Origin: Tubulanus polymorphus
Taxonomy: Eukaryota; Animalia; Nemertea
Length of the DNA: 64,000 nucleotides
Direction of reading: 5' to 3'
Assembly: GCF_964204645.1 (NCBI RefSeq)
Contig: NC_134026.1
Span: 18,696,150-18,760,149 of the forward strand
Notes under the pieces: model-generated
The model's database searches: none
What the model saw: the letters and a program-made list of their open reading frames with translations, nothing else
Told to the model about the DNA's origin: nothing
Made by a program: the position numbers and the translations under genes
Shown: in pieces, positions 12,501 through 25,098 of the stretch
Layout of the letters: each line of letters opens with the position of its first letter
Position numbering within the stretch: the first letter of the stretch is position 1

Positions 12501-15500
12501 GTGCACTGATCCTATAGCTTCTACCTTGTTTATAGATGCATGAACATTCATTCTTCCAAGTAATTTTTTGGACGTTGTTACGAATGATTTGACCAATCAA
12601 CAAATTCTATCATACCAGGTAATTGTCATAGATGTTACTCCATATCGTACCCCTCAATAACCGAATTGATGATTCTCTCATGGATTACCTTTCTTTTAAC
12701 AGTTTCTCCCTGGTTTCGAGTTTTTCGTTGAGATTCCTGGCTTTGTGCAGCTCCTTTTTGAGTAGGAAAACTTCGTTCTGCAATGTTTCTACATCAGTTT
12801 GTTCAGCCATCGTCAACGTCGACATAGAACTTTCACTGTTTACGCCTATTCCATTGGCTTCTAGTTACCAAAATATTCAAATGAATTCATGATATATACA
12901 CGGAATATATACCTAATTCGCAGGTCATATTCGTTATCGAAAGTAAGTTATATACATTAGAATATAGTACAATGAAAGTTTACTGATGTGGCATTTAAAG
13001 GAGAGATGAACATTTTAAAACAAAAGATTCAAGGGCTGGTTTCTCAAAGACGTTTATATATCTCACAATTTTGTTTGCTGTGGATTATTCAACTAGAAAC
13101 TAAATAAAAATTTAATGTTTTTACTCTGTATTCCGTATCAATATTATATTGGGCTATACAAAATATTTGCTGGGGAGAGGACCCCTGCTGTCCTAGTAAT
13201 GTGTCTAGAAGTTTTACCTCTTACCCTTAATTACCAGTCAACTATCAAGTCAAACTATGGGAATGATAGAGAACTCTTGAACCACTAGTTCAACTTATTC
13301 AATTCCCAGTAGTCCAAAGAATTAGTCCTACACAACGACCCGACAAGGCTGTTTTTAGTGAGGATCCACAAGGTTCCCTCACTTGCAGTACAACGCTGGA
13401 TTTATTCCCTCAAAATCTATCTATGTTATTTTTTCTAATTTCTTCACATAGGGGGCTAAAAATCTTGATGACACTTAATTGAATATGAATCAAGTTTAAT
13501 GAAGTATGTCCGACATTTTAGCGGCACCATATAGTGTGATAGCTGGTGTGCCAGGTCCTTATTCCCAATTATCCTGAATGTTTGTCATACGCGGATATTA
13601 TAAAGTTCATAACGCTTTACAATGGGAGGCAATATTTTTAGCTTACCAATTTGTTTGTTGATATCTAGGGCTGAATATCTCTTATTATGGTTACTGCGTA
13701 AACTCGGGGCTGGAAAGACAAAATAAGTAGCCGTCACGATAATTAATAGTGAAAGAATGAATGTGATTAGTCAAACTTGGTCTAGTTGTATAAAATACAG
13801 ACATGTATGTGTATATGCGCAATAGAATTGTATTTAAGGTGCTTGGAAGCAATTTTTGATCGCTGCAGCTATAAATTGCGGAATTTCAAAGGTTCTAATA
13901 TTTTGCAGGGCAAAATTATTTATATTTCTTCAAAAACATGGTATTCAAAGAAAAAAAAACGTTCTTCAGTGAATTATTCATCCGCTGCACTTCCAACACC
14001 ACCTTATTACAAATACAAAAGATGAACCCAGAGTGACCACATCCTGACTTGTCTTCAACAAATGAGTTGATTAACCACCTTCTCCCTCTTTCAAACTATT
14101 CAATGAACTAAATGAAATAATCTTTGAATGGTTACAGGCAAAATCAAGTATTTGGATAAATGTCTTCATCGAATCTTTATCATCAATGATTGATGTGCAT
14201 GGTTAAATCATCATCCCAGTAAATGAGGGATTATGGAACATTTAACGAAGTGGTTCAAAAACCATTACAACTTTTGGAAGTGTGCTACAATTTCATCATC
14301 GTTAACAAACTGAACTCAATATTCCATACACATGATTTGTGGTTCGAGACTTACATTGTCATTAAGTACACCATCCTCCCCTAGCAAAACACTTCACGAA
14401 TAAAGCCAATATAATTCGATGGTAAACTATGCTAATTCATGAATTATAGAAAAACATTTTTACTAATGAAAGTCATTGAAATTAGCATACATACACACCG
14501 TGAAACCCATTACACGGTTGGGAAGGTCCTACCCAGGAAAATTCTTAAAATAAGGTGTATTATTTCGATATCATGTTTTCTGTGTTTAAATCGATGCTTC
14601 ATCAGGGTGGTCTCTTTTATTTTTCATCCGGGAACTAGCAATCTCTACAAATTTCCTTGAATTTTCCCTGATTTTTATCTCTTACAAAATTCCCTTACTT
14701 TTCTAAAGAAAAGAAAATTCCCCGACTTTTCCCTTAGTTCCAGGTAAGAGGCCACCCTGTTCGTATATACTGTGCATTGTTCTCTACAGGGCATGCATGA
14801 AAATCAAAGATTTCGTTTTTGCTGACGTAGCAGGGTGGTTTCTAAGCAAAAGTATGAATTTGTTCCGGAATCTTCATCGGTCTTTTGGGGTTGAATGTCA
14901 AACACAGGTACAGCATTTAGTTTGAACAAAATGGACAAAAATATTGCACGCGTGATACTTTATGTACACTCCTGAATCATCTTACCTTGACATAGACAGG
15001 ATGGCCACGAGTACCTTTTGGTTTGACGGTTTTTCTTCATCATCCTACTGTGTTTGGGTTTGGAATGAAATTTCCCCATGGGCATAGTGAATTGAACAGG
15101 AACGAATAAACCGAATATTCTCGATCTACAGTTCGATAATCAAATCTATTTTCGCCGTTGTAAGTTTCCTAAAGACTATATCGCATACGATTCCCATCAA
15201 AATGTACGAATACCGAATAAGTAAGCACGATTGTTAATCCAATTCAACGTATAGATAACCCGATGAACTGCCACAATTTAGAACTGAACCACAATTAGTG
15301 TCCAACGACCCTTCATTTCTTTCAAAATTCGTTATTTGAATTGTACCACTTCAATCAACGTCTGTATCAGACTTGACTATCATCTCTCCACCATATATAT
15401 ACATATATATACCGAATGTGTGTATCTTTCAATTGTTATTTCTCTCTGTAATCTATAGTCGATCTGATGTCTCATATGAGCGCTGGCTTATATATCATAC

Positions 15501-18500
15501 CAGCTCCGATCTAGTCTGAAACCTAGTTTTAATGAATACCAGTATATATGTTAAAGATGCTAATAAGCCTAATTTCCCTGAATTCTCTGGCATTGTATAC
15601 TGAGATAACACGCGAAGTGTACGCGAAAAAATTATCTAAATTTTTCGTTGAGTCCATTTGATTGGGTTCTTTCATATACCTTGATATTTGGGTCATTCTC
15701 TGCCAGGGTTTATGTACCGGTACAAAAAATGCTCTAGACTGTTGGGCAGAACATACAACTTATCATTAGGCATTGGTTATCTTATGCATAATGGGAAGCT
15801 TGCAGTAAGATGCATAGCAGCAAAAATTCTTGACTTGGAAATTATTGCCACGATCACACGTAGACGTTTTGGCCTCGGTCAAACTAGCAAGGACCGGGCT
15901 TAATTCATAATTTCGCCTGTGCCTAATTAGAGAGTGCGTTCACGCTTAGATCACTGTACGAGGAAGCGTGGCACCACTTCACGCAGAATAATGTAACCTG
16001 AGCTAAAATTTGGCATGAGCCTGGTCTGAAAATTTACGGTCGGTTGAGCCAAATGTTTCACTGAACACTCACCAGTGTGAATTGATGGCTCGGGCCATAT
16101 CTGAAACAAGCCAAATTTTACCAAGGTAAGTGTCAGATCGCGACCTATGTTTGAAAATTTTCAATCAAAATGAAAATAAAAGAGTGGCAAAACATTCAAT
16201 TAACTGAGCTTACTCCAGATGAATGTTTTTTGCAACATGAATATATAACTGGAATATGTATAAAGATGAATTAATTCTAAGTTCTCGTTGAAAACTTGAG
16301 TTCAGTCCAAAAATAGTCTTAAATCTTAAGACCAAGTTTTAAATTGATAAGCAAAACTCAGATCGCACTAAAATCTGATCGTCTGCAATTCGGTTTTAAG
16401 AACACTCAAGTAACATCGCAAGGTCGAGTCGCCGATTCGGCCAAGACTATTGGCAACGACCTTGCAATCTGTCGTAAGTACACTCCAGATCACCAAAGAT
16501 CTGTTCCGATCCAACCGTCATTAGAAATAGAACTGGTCCAATCGGCTTACGACTGGTCTGTGATCAAGTACAATCATGTCGCAAAATTTCCCTGACTGAA
16601 AAATCAGCGTCTGGTTACTGAATGCTTAAGATCTGACTATCAGGTCAGATGTTATGCAATCTGATTTAGGCTTTAGATCAGCAATAGATGAATGGTGTCC
16701 TTAAATGATATAAATCTAAGACTGCCCAACTGGCCCCTGAATGAAACTAGCTTGTTTATAAACAGTTAGTATGGTAGTTGAACAGTTTATAGGTTCTGGT
16801 TTAAGATATAAGCGAAACAAATTGTCTACTTCACTTTTCAAAATGTAAATTATATAGTTAAACGCCTCGATTGAAGTACGTGTCCTTTAAAATCAGAAGT
16901 ACCACCTATACACAGTATCGGTTTTCTATCAAATTACATTCTCAATTGTAACACTACATGTTATGAAAAATGCCTGCTTCGACACAAATATGGCTATATT
17001 ACTAGTATCAATAACAGAGCTGAATATTCCAGGTCTGCCGGACATTCAGTGTTTGGTTTGTGTGGGTATTTTAGCTGACATGTACCTCAAAGTATATATA
17101 GAGATTTTATGCTGCCAAAAAAACCGTTACAATATATATGTATATCTATATAGTATACTGTAAATGGGAAACTGTCATTTTTCGGAACCAGTTTCTGTGA
17201 AATCTATTCATTGATTGGTCAAGAAATTTGGCATGTACACAGAAGAATAGTTTCTTATGGTAAAGATAACAGTTTCATTTGGATCCAGGGTCTAATTTCA
17301 CCCGAATTTAAATCCCCAAAATCCGAGCAGATTCCAGAAGTTGGCAGTAGATGGTTTGTAAATGCAAGTGTACTGTGTTGTCTGTTACTGCAGTAGTGTT
17401 GTGTGGGGTGTTTGACACGATGAGATTATCATAATAACAGAATTTCACTGAGCCATTTGTATCACTACACAGAGCACTGCAAACCAGCCACTCTCAGTAC
17501 AGGGTGAACAAATTTCTAGAGGGGCATGTCGAGAAAGGGTTCTTTGACATTCTCACTTCTGGGAGGAAATGTTGCTTGAGGGGCATGTTGAGAAAGGGAT
17601 TATTCCAGGGGATGGAGGAAAAATTGCTCGAATTTCAATTGGAAAGTTCAATTGGGATTTATTAGGTTGACATTTAAGGAGCCATGCATAAATCTCAAAC
17701 CCATCGAAGATGGGTATTTTTACTAGTACATTGATAACTAATATGCTATTCAAGGGGTTCTGTGGGAGAGTCGTTGGTCAATTTCAGCGTTTCAAAATAA
17801 CTATCACGGTAATTTTGGCATTTATGTTGTAATGAAGGCATCAATGAAGTTCATTTTCTTGTTTATAATACACAAGATATAGACGGAAACTATTTAATGT
17901 GCGTTCCCTGACATCTAGCTTTTTCCTTTTTCTTTACAAAATACCAATACTATTCCTTTTTTCAAAAGCAATTTCCCTGACTTTGAAGAGCCAGCTAATA
18001 GAAATTTCATCGGTGATTTCACTTGAAAAAAGGAGTATAGAATTATTACATCAGTGTTACCCTTCCGTCCGCTCGATTGTTATTTGTATATACATATATG
18101 AACGTTGTATATCTTATCACGAGGAATGTTATGTATAGTGAGTATTTCAGTTTAAGGTCACAAGAGTCATCATCAAATCATATTCATTTATAATAAGCCT
18201 TTTTTAAAAGGCGCACCAAAGGGCATACATTGTAACGCCATAATGAAAATAAACTGTGGCCTAAATATTCATGAAACAAATTGTACATCTAGGGACACCA
18301 TGCTCGCTTGAGAAATGGTCAAACATTCGATAATCTGAAAATTTTGATATTCCACACTCCCTGGTGAACATCACAGTAACCACCAACCTTGACACTCGTG
18401 ATAATGAAAGGACATATACCATCATACAGGCTTCGCAATTGATTTTCGTTACAACATGCATTGTTCCAATGTAAATACTATGTTATTTCACTGTTCAATG

Positions 18501-21500
18501 CCCTCTGGTGAACATACAGACACTAATGACCTTGAAATTCACCACCATCGCAAAACAAAATATTCATGGGCTACAGGGAAAATTGCTAAATGGCTTATTT
18601 CACTTTTCCAAACATTGAATACTTATTCAACATGAGATGTGCCTTGCAACAGTGCTAACAATCACCATCATCAAGACTAGAGCTTATAATGTGTTTCCTC
18701 ATGATGTCTTTTTATCTACGAACAAAAACTGATTTGCTAATTGCACAACAATCATCTGATCCTAAAATCCTTCTGATATGTTTAAGAACCTTTTCCAAAG
18801 TACGTATATCCAACTCAAATGTAAATCATGTAGACAAACCATAAAAATGCTGAAGGCCAAATAATTCAGACCAAAAATGACATTTCATGGAATGAAAAGG
18901 TCATAAGATGGGAATCCTCTCTGAGTAACCAAATTTTTTTCGCTTTTATATGGCCTAGGAGGATAGATAGGCAGACTAAATCTTAAGACGATTATTCGAA
19001 GTGTCTACCCAATTTCCCAAGGAAACTTCAAAAATTTGCAAAAAGAGCAGCTTTCATTGAATAACAATGGCTGCCAATAAGCCATCTTGATTCTAATGAG
19101 GCCAATTTTGGGCAGCAGATGTATCTATGGTAGACACAAAGACAATACAACAAAGCATGCTGAAAACTTCCTAAAATAACAACGGTTTTGTACAGCTGGG
19201 CAATGCTTGAATTTCTGATATAACTAAGTACTATTACTTTCCCTAATCGAAATAAATCTTCAGGATCCAGTTCCACAGTTCTGAGTTAGAGTTAACTCTG
19301 AGTTAGTTCATTTTCATTGTTTTAACTCAGAGTCAAATCTTAACTCACGACTGTGGAACTGGGCCCTGGGTGGCAACTTTTATTTGATTTGCTTTTTTCC
19401 TGACTATTCCCTGGCGTGTAAGTTGTTTTGCCTGACTTGATCTGCTAAGAATCTATTCAATTGACACAGTCAAATACGTAAGACATAGAGACGGAAACTG
19501 TTTGATTTTACGCGTGACCTAGCAATCTCAACCAATTTCCCTGACTTTCAGCTTCTTTTTTTTAAACAATTCCCTGACTTTTTGAAAAAACAGAAAATTC
19601 CCTGGCTTTTCGCTGATTTTCAGGTAAGTGGCCACCCTTATTTTATATAACGCAATTAAGGACTTCCACTTTTCCATAAGTTGAATCATTGCGCTGATGT
19701 CATGATAAATCTAGACTATGGTAATGCAAATGATCGAAAGATAAATTTTTTGTAACATACGTTTGAGACTAATTGCTGCAAGATCAGATTGCATTACCCA
19801 TGCGTAATCCTGTAACAAAGTTGAATCATACAAGGTGTATCAATAATGAGTTGCTCGATCTTGTCCAGATATCAAAGCATACATATCCACTATCAAAGCA
19901 GCCATATGCTTTCAAAACTTACATATTTCAAATATCCAGTCCATATTTAGTTACTGACGCACAGCTGCCTATCATACGCTAAGTACCAGCAGAGAAAATA
20001 CACGCAAACCTAAACTAGACCATCGTATATCATAAAATAATTTCGAACGATCTATCAACAGCAAACTGACCCACATTCATAAACGACCAAAGCCGATTTC
20101 CTCGTACTCTCCAGGGATGAATGAAATTGAAAATTGACAAAATAGTCCCACATTTCAAAACAACTAACGCAAAACATCCAAGCCGGTGCATTCGATGGCG
20201 ATAATCATTTTTGAAAGTTAATGGCTGTGACAGAGTGAATGAGTCAACACTGTCAGAAATAATTCCATAGCAAGTTGTCAAATAAGCCACTTAGATGAAT
20301 ACCTTTTAACCAACTGATATACGTAACAATGGTGTTTCGAATATCGTTCAAATTTTAGAACAAATACTTGACAGAAAGTGATGGATGTAGTACTGTTGTC
20401 GAAAAGTTTCCTGCTTTGTTTGAGCATTTTCATTTTGTGCATGCTTTTTCTCCTTTCCAGCCTGGCGCACACAGGCGATGTAATCGAGGTTATCTTGAGC
20501 AATTGCCTGATTCGCTTGTCAAACGAACAATTGTCTAATTCGCTTGTTGTCGAAAGATCGATTCTCTGCTGCAACAGGAGACAGAAATTGCTCGTCGTTG
20601 AAAGGGTTGCTCTGAGTCACATTTGATATTGGGTGACGGAAAATTGTTTGTCGCACAGAAATTGCCCATCGATCGATCGGAGTTGCCATGTGTGCGGCAG
20701 CTGGAGACGCTAAGCGACAAGCAACTCGTCAACTAGCCAATGAGAGCGAATAATTATGTGATATTTCCAAATACAGCGACTTCCGAGGCAGTAGTGCGGC
20801 CATGATTTTGACAAGTCACATGATATGGATGTTTGCCGTGGAAAGATTATCACCTCTCTGTCCCCAGTGATAAACACACGGGAGACACCAAGGGATCGAT
20901 TGCTCAAGAATCACTCGCACTACCAATCGCAGCACCCTGCACCAGGCTTAATGTATCCTCCAATCAAAAATTGTTCGTAGTAACGTAACTAGCGGACCAG
21001 AATCCGGTAGTACCAATCACGACAGTAGGCTTCTGTTTGATTTCCCCTTTAATGGACCAATCAGCGAACATTTTACCGAACAAGGAAGTACCGTCATACG
21101 CAGAAGCGCCAGTAATTTTATTCTACCCTCTGTCGTTCTTCAATATAAGAATTACATAAACTAAGAGCAAGCCAGGATTTCTCAATAACAGTAGATCACA
21201 ACTTCTGGCCAAGATAAATGGTTCAGTCGACTCAATCTTATGTATTATCAGTAAAACACTCAAATCAGCTGATTCAAGGAAAAAACCTTCTATTGTGGAA
21301 CCTCGTTAATACAAATCTTGTGGACAAAAATGAAATTGCCGTATTAAACGGATTTTGGATTATCCAAATCTTGATCGATATAAATATCTCAACTGGGACA
21401 TGCTGGAAATCATTGTAATGAACTGGTTTCACCTTAAACGGTATTGTATTGACAAGGTTCAACTATATTTCTCTAATTCTCAAATCTGGGCAACCCAGGT

Positions 21501-24500
21501 AATATTTACAGTGCCGACTGTATCCCTGCTGAAATATAGAATCAGATAGTTAATGAAAAGCTTACTCACCAACAGAAGAAACGGATGCTTTTCCATGTCT
21601 CGATACAGATAATGATGAACAACTAGCAGTATCCAAGGTTTCTACATCCATATCGCTCCACTTATCATCAAATACCTCATAATCGCAATCACCGTCTTCA
21701 GCATTCGGAAAATATTCGAGAACTTTTGTAAATGCGAGCGCGTATCGCTGTAAATGCGGTGACATACAAGCTGATTTAGACGGTATTTTCATCTGTTTCC
21801 TAAGTTCGTTGTAGTGAAGTAAAATGTACTTATCGCATTGTATTCGTTCGTCCAGCTCCATGTTCAGCTTTGACAGATACCCAGACGACGAGCCGAAGCC
21901 CTCCAACGCGCTACTCAACGCGCGATTTTTTATCAGCCGATCTTCGACTTCGCGATGCGTGAAATTTAACATACGCTGATGACCGGCTTCTGGTGGCAAC
22001 GAATGCGAATTCGCAGCGTACTTCGATGATTTCTGCGACGATTTCGTTGGCGTTTTCGGTAGCAAATCATCCACTTTCGGCAACGTTGTTTTGCATAATT
22101 GTAATTGCTTCGAAAGCTCTGTCCGAAAAGCTTCGTGCAGTTGAACGAGTTTACCATCCGGTTTCGCGACGAACCCGTGTTTCGCCAATCCGGTCAGGCA
22201 TTGTTCTAATGTTCGCTTGCGTTTATAAATCGCTGATTTCAATTTCGGATTGAAATGCGCGACGACCTTCAAGACGTTTCGCACGTTTTCATCAAAGTTT
22301 ATTGGCGTTTGCATCGGTTTGTCGGCAAAATATTTCACGATTTCTTTCATTAGCACGTCCATGTTCAAGTTCTTAATCGGAAACTCGACATAGTCGGCGG
22401 GGTAACTGATCAAGTCGATTTTATCCAATACCACGCATAAAAACGGCAAGCATTTCGGAAAGTGTACGAGGACATTATCTAAAGCTAAATTCGGTAGGAT
22501 CTCGGTGAAATTATTCCGAGACAACCGATCGACAAATGCTTCCGCTTCTGGATATTTACTCGTTTCAAGTAACAACTTCAACTGTCTAAGAACAACACGG
22601 GGCTTTAAACTTGTATCTAACTTGGTAGAATTCAGCGTTTCTTCTTCGTCATGGTTATCATTCGTCATATTTCTAGGCTGTGCATCGGAATTACTGATTT
22701 GATCCAGCAACGGTAAGCTGCCATGTAGAAATGGATTACTATTCAACGGTTGAGAAGGTACATCTTCCTCGCTGTCGTCCGTGTAATTTCCATCGGTTTG
22801 TATCGCTCGTCGCGGTAACGTCATACTTTTCGGATGTATGTAACCCTGAGCGTGTAACTCTGGTAACGATTTCGGATGCTCTAAAATCTGCCTGCCTCCG
22901 TCGTCCTTAGACAACAGCTTCTTCGCTTTTAACTTACGTTTTACTTTGTGTTCGAATTTACCTCGCTTATTGTGCGTCTTTGAAGATTCTCGCTTGCATT
23001 CACTAGGAAGATCAGCAGCTACGGTAGAACAAGCCTCTCCTGCTGATTCTCCCACAGGAATCGCATCGGAAAACTTCCTCGGCGGAGGAGGGGGGGTGAC
23101 ATCTTCGTCGATTTCAGGAGTTACGAGATTTTCTTTCTCATCGGGGAGGAATTTATGAGGTGCGTACGGTATACTTGACATGTCGATGTCGTCCAATTGC
23201 ATATCAAGAAAGGGATTCGTGCTGCTTCTTCTTAAGTGAGTGGTTGGTGCCATGTTAGACTGTTCATCCATGGATAAACTTCGCTGATACTTAGTTGCCC
23301 CGTTCGCATCGGTGGCCATTTCCGACGACGCATTCCTTGCTTTATATTCATCAGTTTTTTCCAAATCCGACTTTCTATATGAATCCGCGCCGACCCGCTC
23401 GTATCGACGCGTAAACTTCTCTATGTATCGTCCGGCGAAATCTTCAGCAGCACGATGTTTACTATCACATTCTTCAGAAGACAACTTCTCAGGCACCGCA
23501 GGTTTTGAGTTAGATGCAGCAATCGATTCAATGAAAACATTTTTACTAACAATTTCTCTTTGCATATTTTCATCATTATCATCAATTTCAACATTTGCTC
23601 TCGAACTGCCAATAGTTTCGAAATCCATCTCTGTTATTTTAGGACAGTTTTGATTGTTTGACATTGGAGGGATAGTAAGTGATTGAACTGGAGGATTAAA
23701 ATGGCTCGGATAACTTTCTGGCTGGAATGGAATATCACATGTGTCATTGTTAGCGGAATGTCGATTAGAACCAAGGTTTTCATTTGAAGAGGTATGTCGA
23801 TACTGGGGAACGCGGTTAGGGTATGCTGGTTGTTCAAAGTGGCTAGGTACTCGTTTTCGATGTTGGTCATATACTTCATTTTCATTAGGTTGGGGTTTAT
23901 TCCCACTCTCATGGGACCGACCTTGATATCTGTTATCTTCATTCGGTGGCACACCTGATGGACTGTTCAATTGACTCTGTTGATGAAATATGGGTTCTTC
24001 TCTGGATGACTTTCTGATTCTAGGCCTATTGGAATGTTCCTTGGACGAATTCTGTTGATAAAAATGTGAACTCGTGGAACGTTCCTCCCACGAAGTCCTT
24101 CGAGAATCGGAATATTGTCTTACTGGATTTCGATGATTAGATGAATGTAACTGATCTGATGACCTGCGGCTATTGGAATGCTCTCTGGACGGAGTCTGAT
24201 GATATCGAGGAGAATTAGAGTCATCCTGTGAGGATCTACTTGCGTGCTTTCTAGGCGGATAGTAACTTGGCGAATTATTCGACGAGTGTCGCTGTACTTC
24301 TGCATTATTTTGTTCAATCCACCGAGGACTTGCTGAATGAGATGACACCATGGACTCAACTGAAGAACCATGGTTGAGCACTATCGCCGAATACCCGCTT
24401 TGGTCGAAATTTGGAAAATGTGCTTTACTCACATCATATCTTTCATCAAAAGACTCTCTACTGTGTCTTCGATTTCGTCTAGCATTATCATGTTTTCTTT

Positions 24501-25098
24501 CTGCATATAGATCACCAGGTTGGCTATTCCTTGGACTATTTGTCTGATTATTCGAGGCATTTTGTGGTGGGTTGTTATTAATATTGTTGATGCAATATGT
24601 GCCTTCGGAACGAGGACTTATTTTCGTTTGTCTATTTTTTCCATGTCGAGAATCGCCGCCAGTGTATATTCCGTAATGCGATTCTGGTTCCCGTTGATAT
24701 CCTGAACTTTCTGGTGGATCAAACTGCGTATCGTAGTAACTATTGCGACTGTCGTTTTTGTGCTGAACGTTACCGGGTGAACGGACCGCTCGAATCTGCG
24801 CGTATTTCGGCTCGTAATAATCCTGAATTGAACCGACCGGATATCGGTGTTTATCGGTTATCACTTGAGCAGTCAGATTTTCCGGAGGATAGTACTGGTC
24901 ACTGCTGAGCACCGAAGTTGGTTCCACTGGTTCAACAGGTGGTGGTGGGGGTGGATAATCCGGAGGCACTTCCTGCAACACCGGACGAGTAAAGTTTGCT
25001 GGATCATACGTTATTTTTCCTTCTTGGTATAATTTTTCTAAACAGTCTTGATATTTCGGAGTTGGTTTCTGTCTATTTCTCGTATAGAACTTCTCCAT
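3239..25098 (-). CDS. MIEAP (mitochondria-eating protein/SPATA18 C-terminal) domain-containing protein, long isoform ~1460 aa; coding exons 25098-21570, 12860-12689, 11323-11116, 4265-4077, 3523-3239
   Basis: All four introns are GT-AG and phases join in frame (1,2,0,0); total 4383 nt. The C-terminal part (RRYSNLYSQARVDALDALD...KLLFSVVVLAFRAAQ...QLWATLYDYPSL...CAHVAWALIIQNPPFVLDY...HTRF...FLWPTLLEHENGPCVFKGVVVT*) matches the invertebrate MIEAP-domain family as recalled; no search was run. Confidence 0.85.
4077..4265 (-). CDS. MIEAP-domain gene internal exon (LAFRAAQEALDEMK...YLRKTTEQFDHSKIID)
   Basis: tttcag| acceptor, |gtaagt donor, 63 codons, phase 0->0; not in the ORF track. Confidence 0.88.
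4931..5694 (+). mobile_element. PIF/Harbinger-like non-autonomous element with a MADF/Myb-like ORF remnant
   Basis: Long TIRs aggctggcttatgtccacaagcaatg / cattgcttgtcgacataagccggcct; the degenerate segment MAEDWTEDLE..ERP..YSKKNQKDQSLKEIA at ~5319-5435 resembles the N-terminus of the Harbinger DNA-binding ORF. Confidence 0.65.
6344..7400 (-). pseudogene. Disrupted class A (FMRFamide/peptide-receptor-like) GPCR nested in an intron of the MIEAP-domain gene
   Basis: Successive ORF fragments give a glycosylated N-terminus (NISNVS), TM1 (GITFN), TM2 (LALND), TM3 (QMTRNWCTVLLSI), TM5 (FPIFILVFIN), TM6 (VVLLFIIC) and TM7 (SSVNFIVYCVTNKRFR). At least three frameshifts, an in-frame TGA at 6631-6629, the E/DRY motif apparently deleted, and no in-frame ATG at the N-terminus. 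Confidence 0.85.
8250..8760 (+). mobile_element. Degenerate Sola1-type transposase fragment
   Basis: Manual translation gives VESHYCHTDTDFQYLSADLTLTKVH*MY, FHQPKKNMC, FDLQQVIFCP and AFYKR*..TYNFSV, matching recalled Sola1 motifs (ESHYCR, PKKDxC, FDLQ, YYKRKL..YNF). Confidence 0.7.
10070..10600. repeat. Interspersed element with ~120-bp internal tandem units (ccttgacc..acccaaaatc) and a (GACG)n end; related copy at ~51000-51675
   Basis: Three to four subrepeats gacc..acaggacccaaaatctaat followed by cggacagacggacggacggacg; same architecture at 51.0-51.7 kb. Confidence 0.7.
10800..11085 (+). mobile_element. Degenerate RTE-clade LINE 3' end
   Basis: LHWNPQRKRRTGHP..TW and EELKLMGL...AKDRRNWREHVVA resemble the RTE ORF2 C-terminus (W.P.GKR.RGRP..TW; A.DR..WR..V.AL). 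Confidence 0.65.
11116..11323 (-). CDS. MIEAP-domain gene internal exon (LSEKAQHNVQ...LKVKLLFSVVV)
   Basis: ttcag| acceptor, |gtaagt donor; matches ORF 11089..11322. Confidence 0.9.
12689..12860 (-). CDS. MIEAP-domain gene internal exon (coiled coil ..LQNEVFLLKKELHKARNLNEKLETREKLLKER)
   Basis: tag| acceptor, AG|gtaat donor, open frame, phase 1->2. Confidence 0.85.
14603..14759. mobile_element. Short TIR MITE (CAGGGTGG..CCACCCTG, internal ttccctga repeats); relative at ~19366-19640
   Basis: Terminal inverted repeat plus recurrent aattccctgacttt motifs. Confidence 0.65.
14986..15079 (-). CDS. Putative alternative first coding exon of the MIEAP-domain gene (MGKFHSKPKHSRMMKKNRQTKRYSWPSCLCQ)
   Basis: ATG at 15079 (an in-frame ATG also lies at 15085), 31 codons plus 1 nt, strong donor AAG|gtaaga in phase 1, matching the phase-1 acceptor at 12860. 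Confidence 0.6.
19261..19368. repeat. Palindromic ~108-bp MITE; relative at ~50840-50960
   Basis: caggatccagttccacagttctgagttag ... cttaactcacgactgtggaactgggccctg. Confidence 0.7.
20737..21061. promoter_or_regulatory. Cluster of five CCAAT boxes in a CpG-rich intronic stretch; candidate internal promoter of the MIEAP-domain gene
   Basis: CCAAT at 20737, 20923, 20960, 21013 and 21057, several in NF-Y-like RCCAATSR context. Confidence 0.35.
21570..25098 (-). CDS. MIEAP-domain gene, giant first coding exon (low-complexity N-terminal ~830 aa, then helical conserved region)
   Basis: 1190-aa ORF. First ATG at 25098 (MEKFYTR), candidate acceptors at ~25138 and ~25225, donor G|gtgagt at 21569. Region VLRQLKLLLET...PPEAGHQRMLNFTHREVEDRLIKNR resembles the N-terminal block of this family. 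Confidence 0.9.

Noticed and set aside
21993-25032. Numerous + strand and alternative-frame ORFs over the giant exon
   Set aside because: Shadow ORFs of the 1190-aa minus-strand frame.
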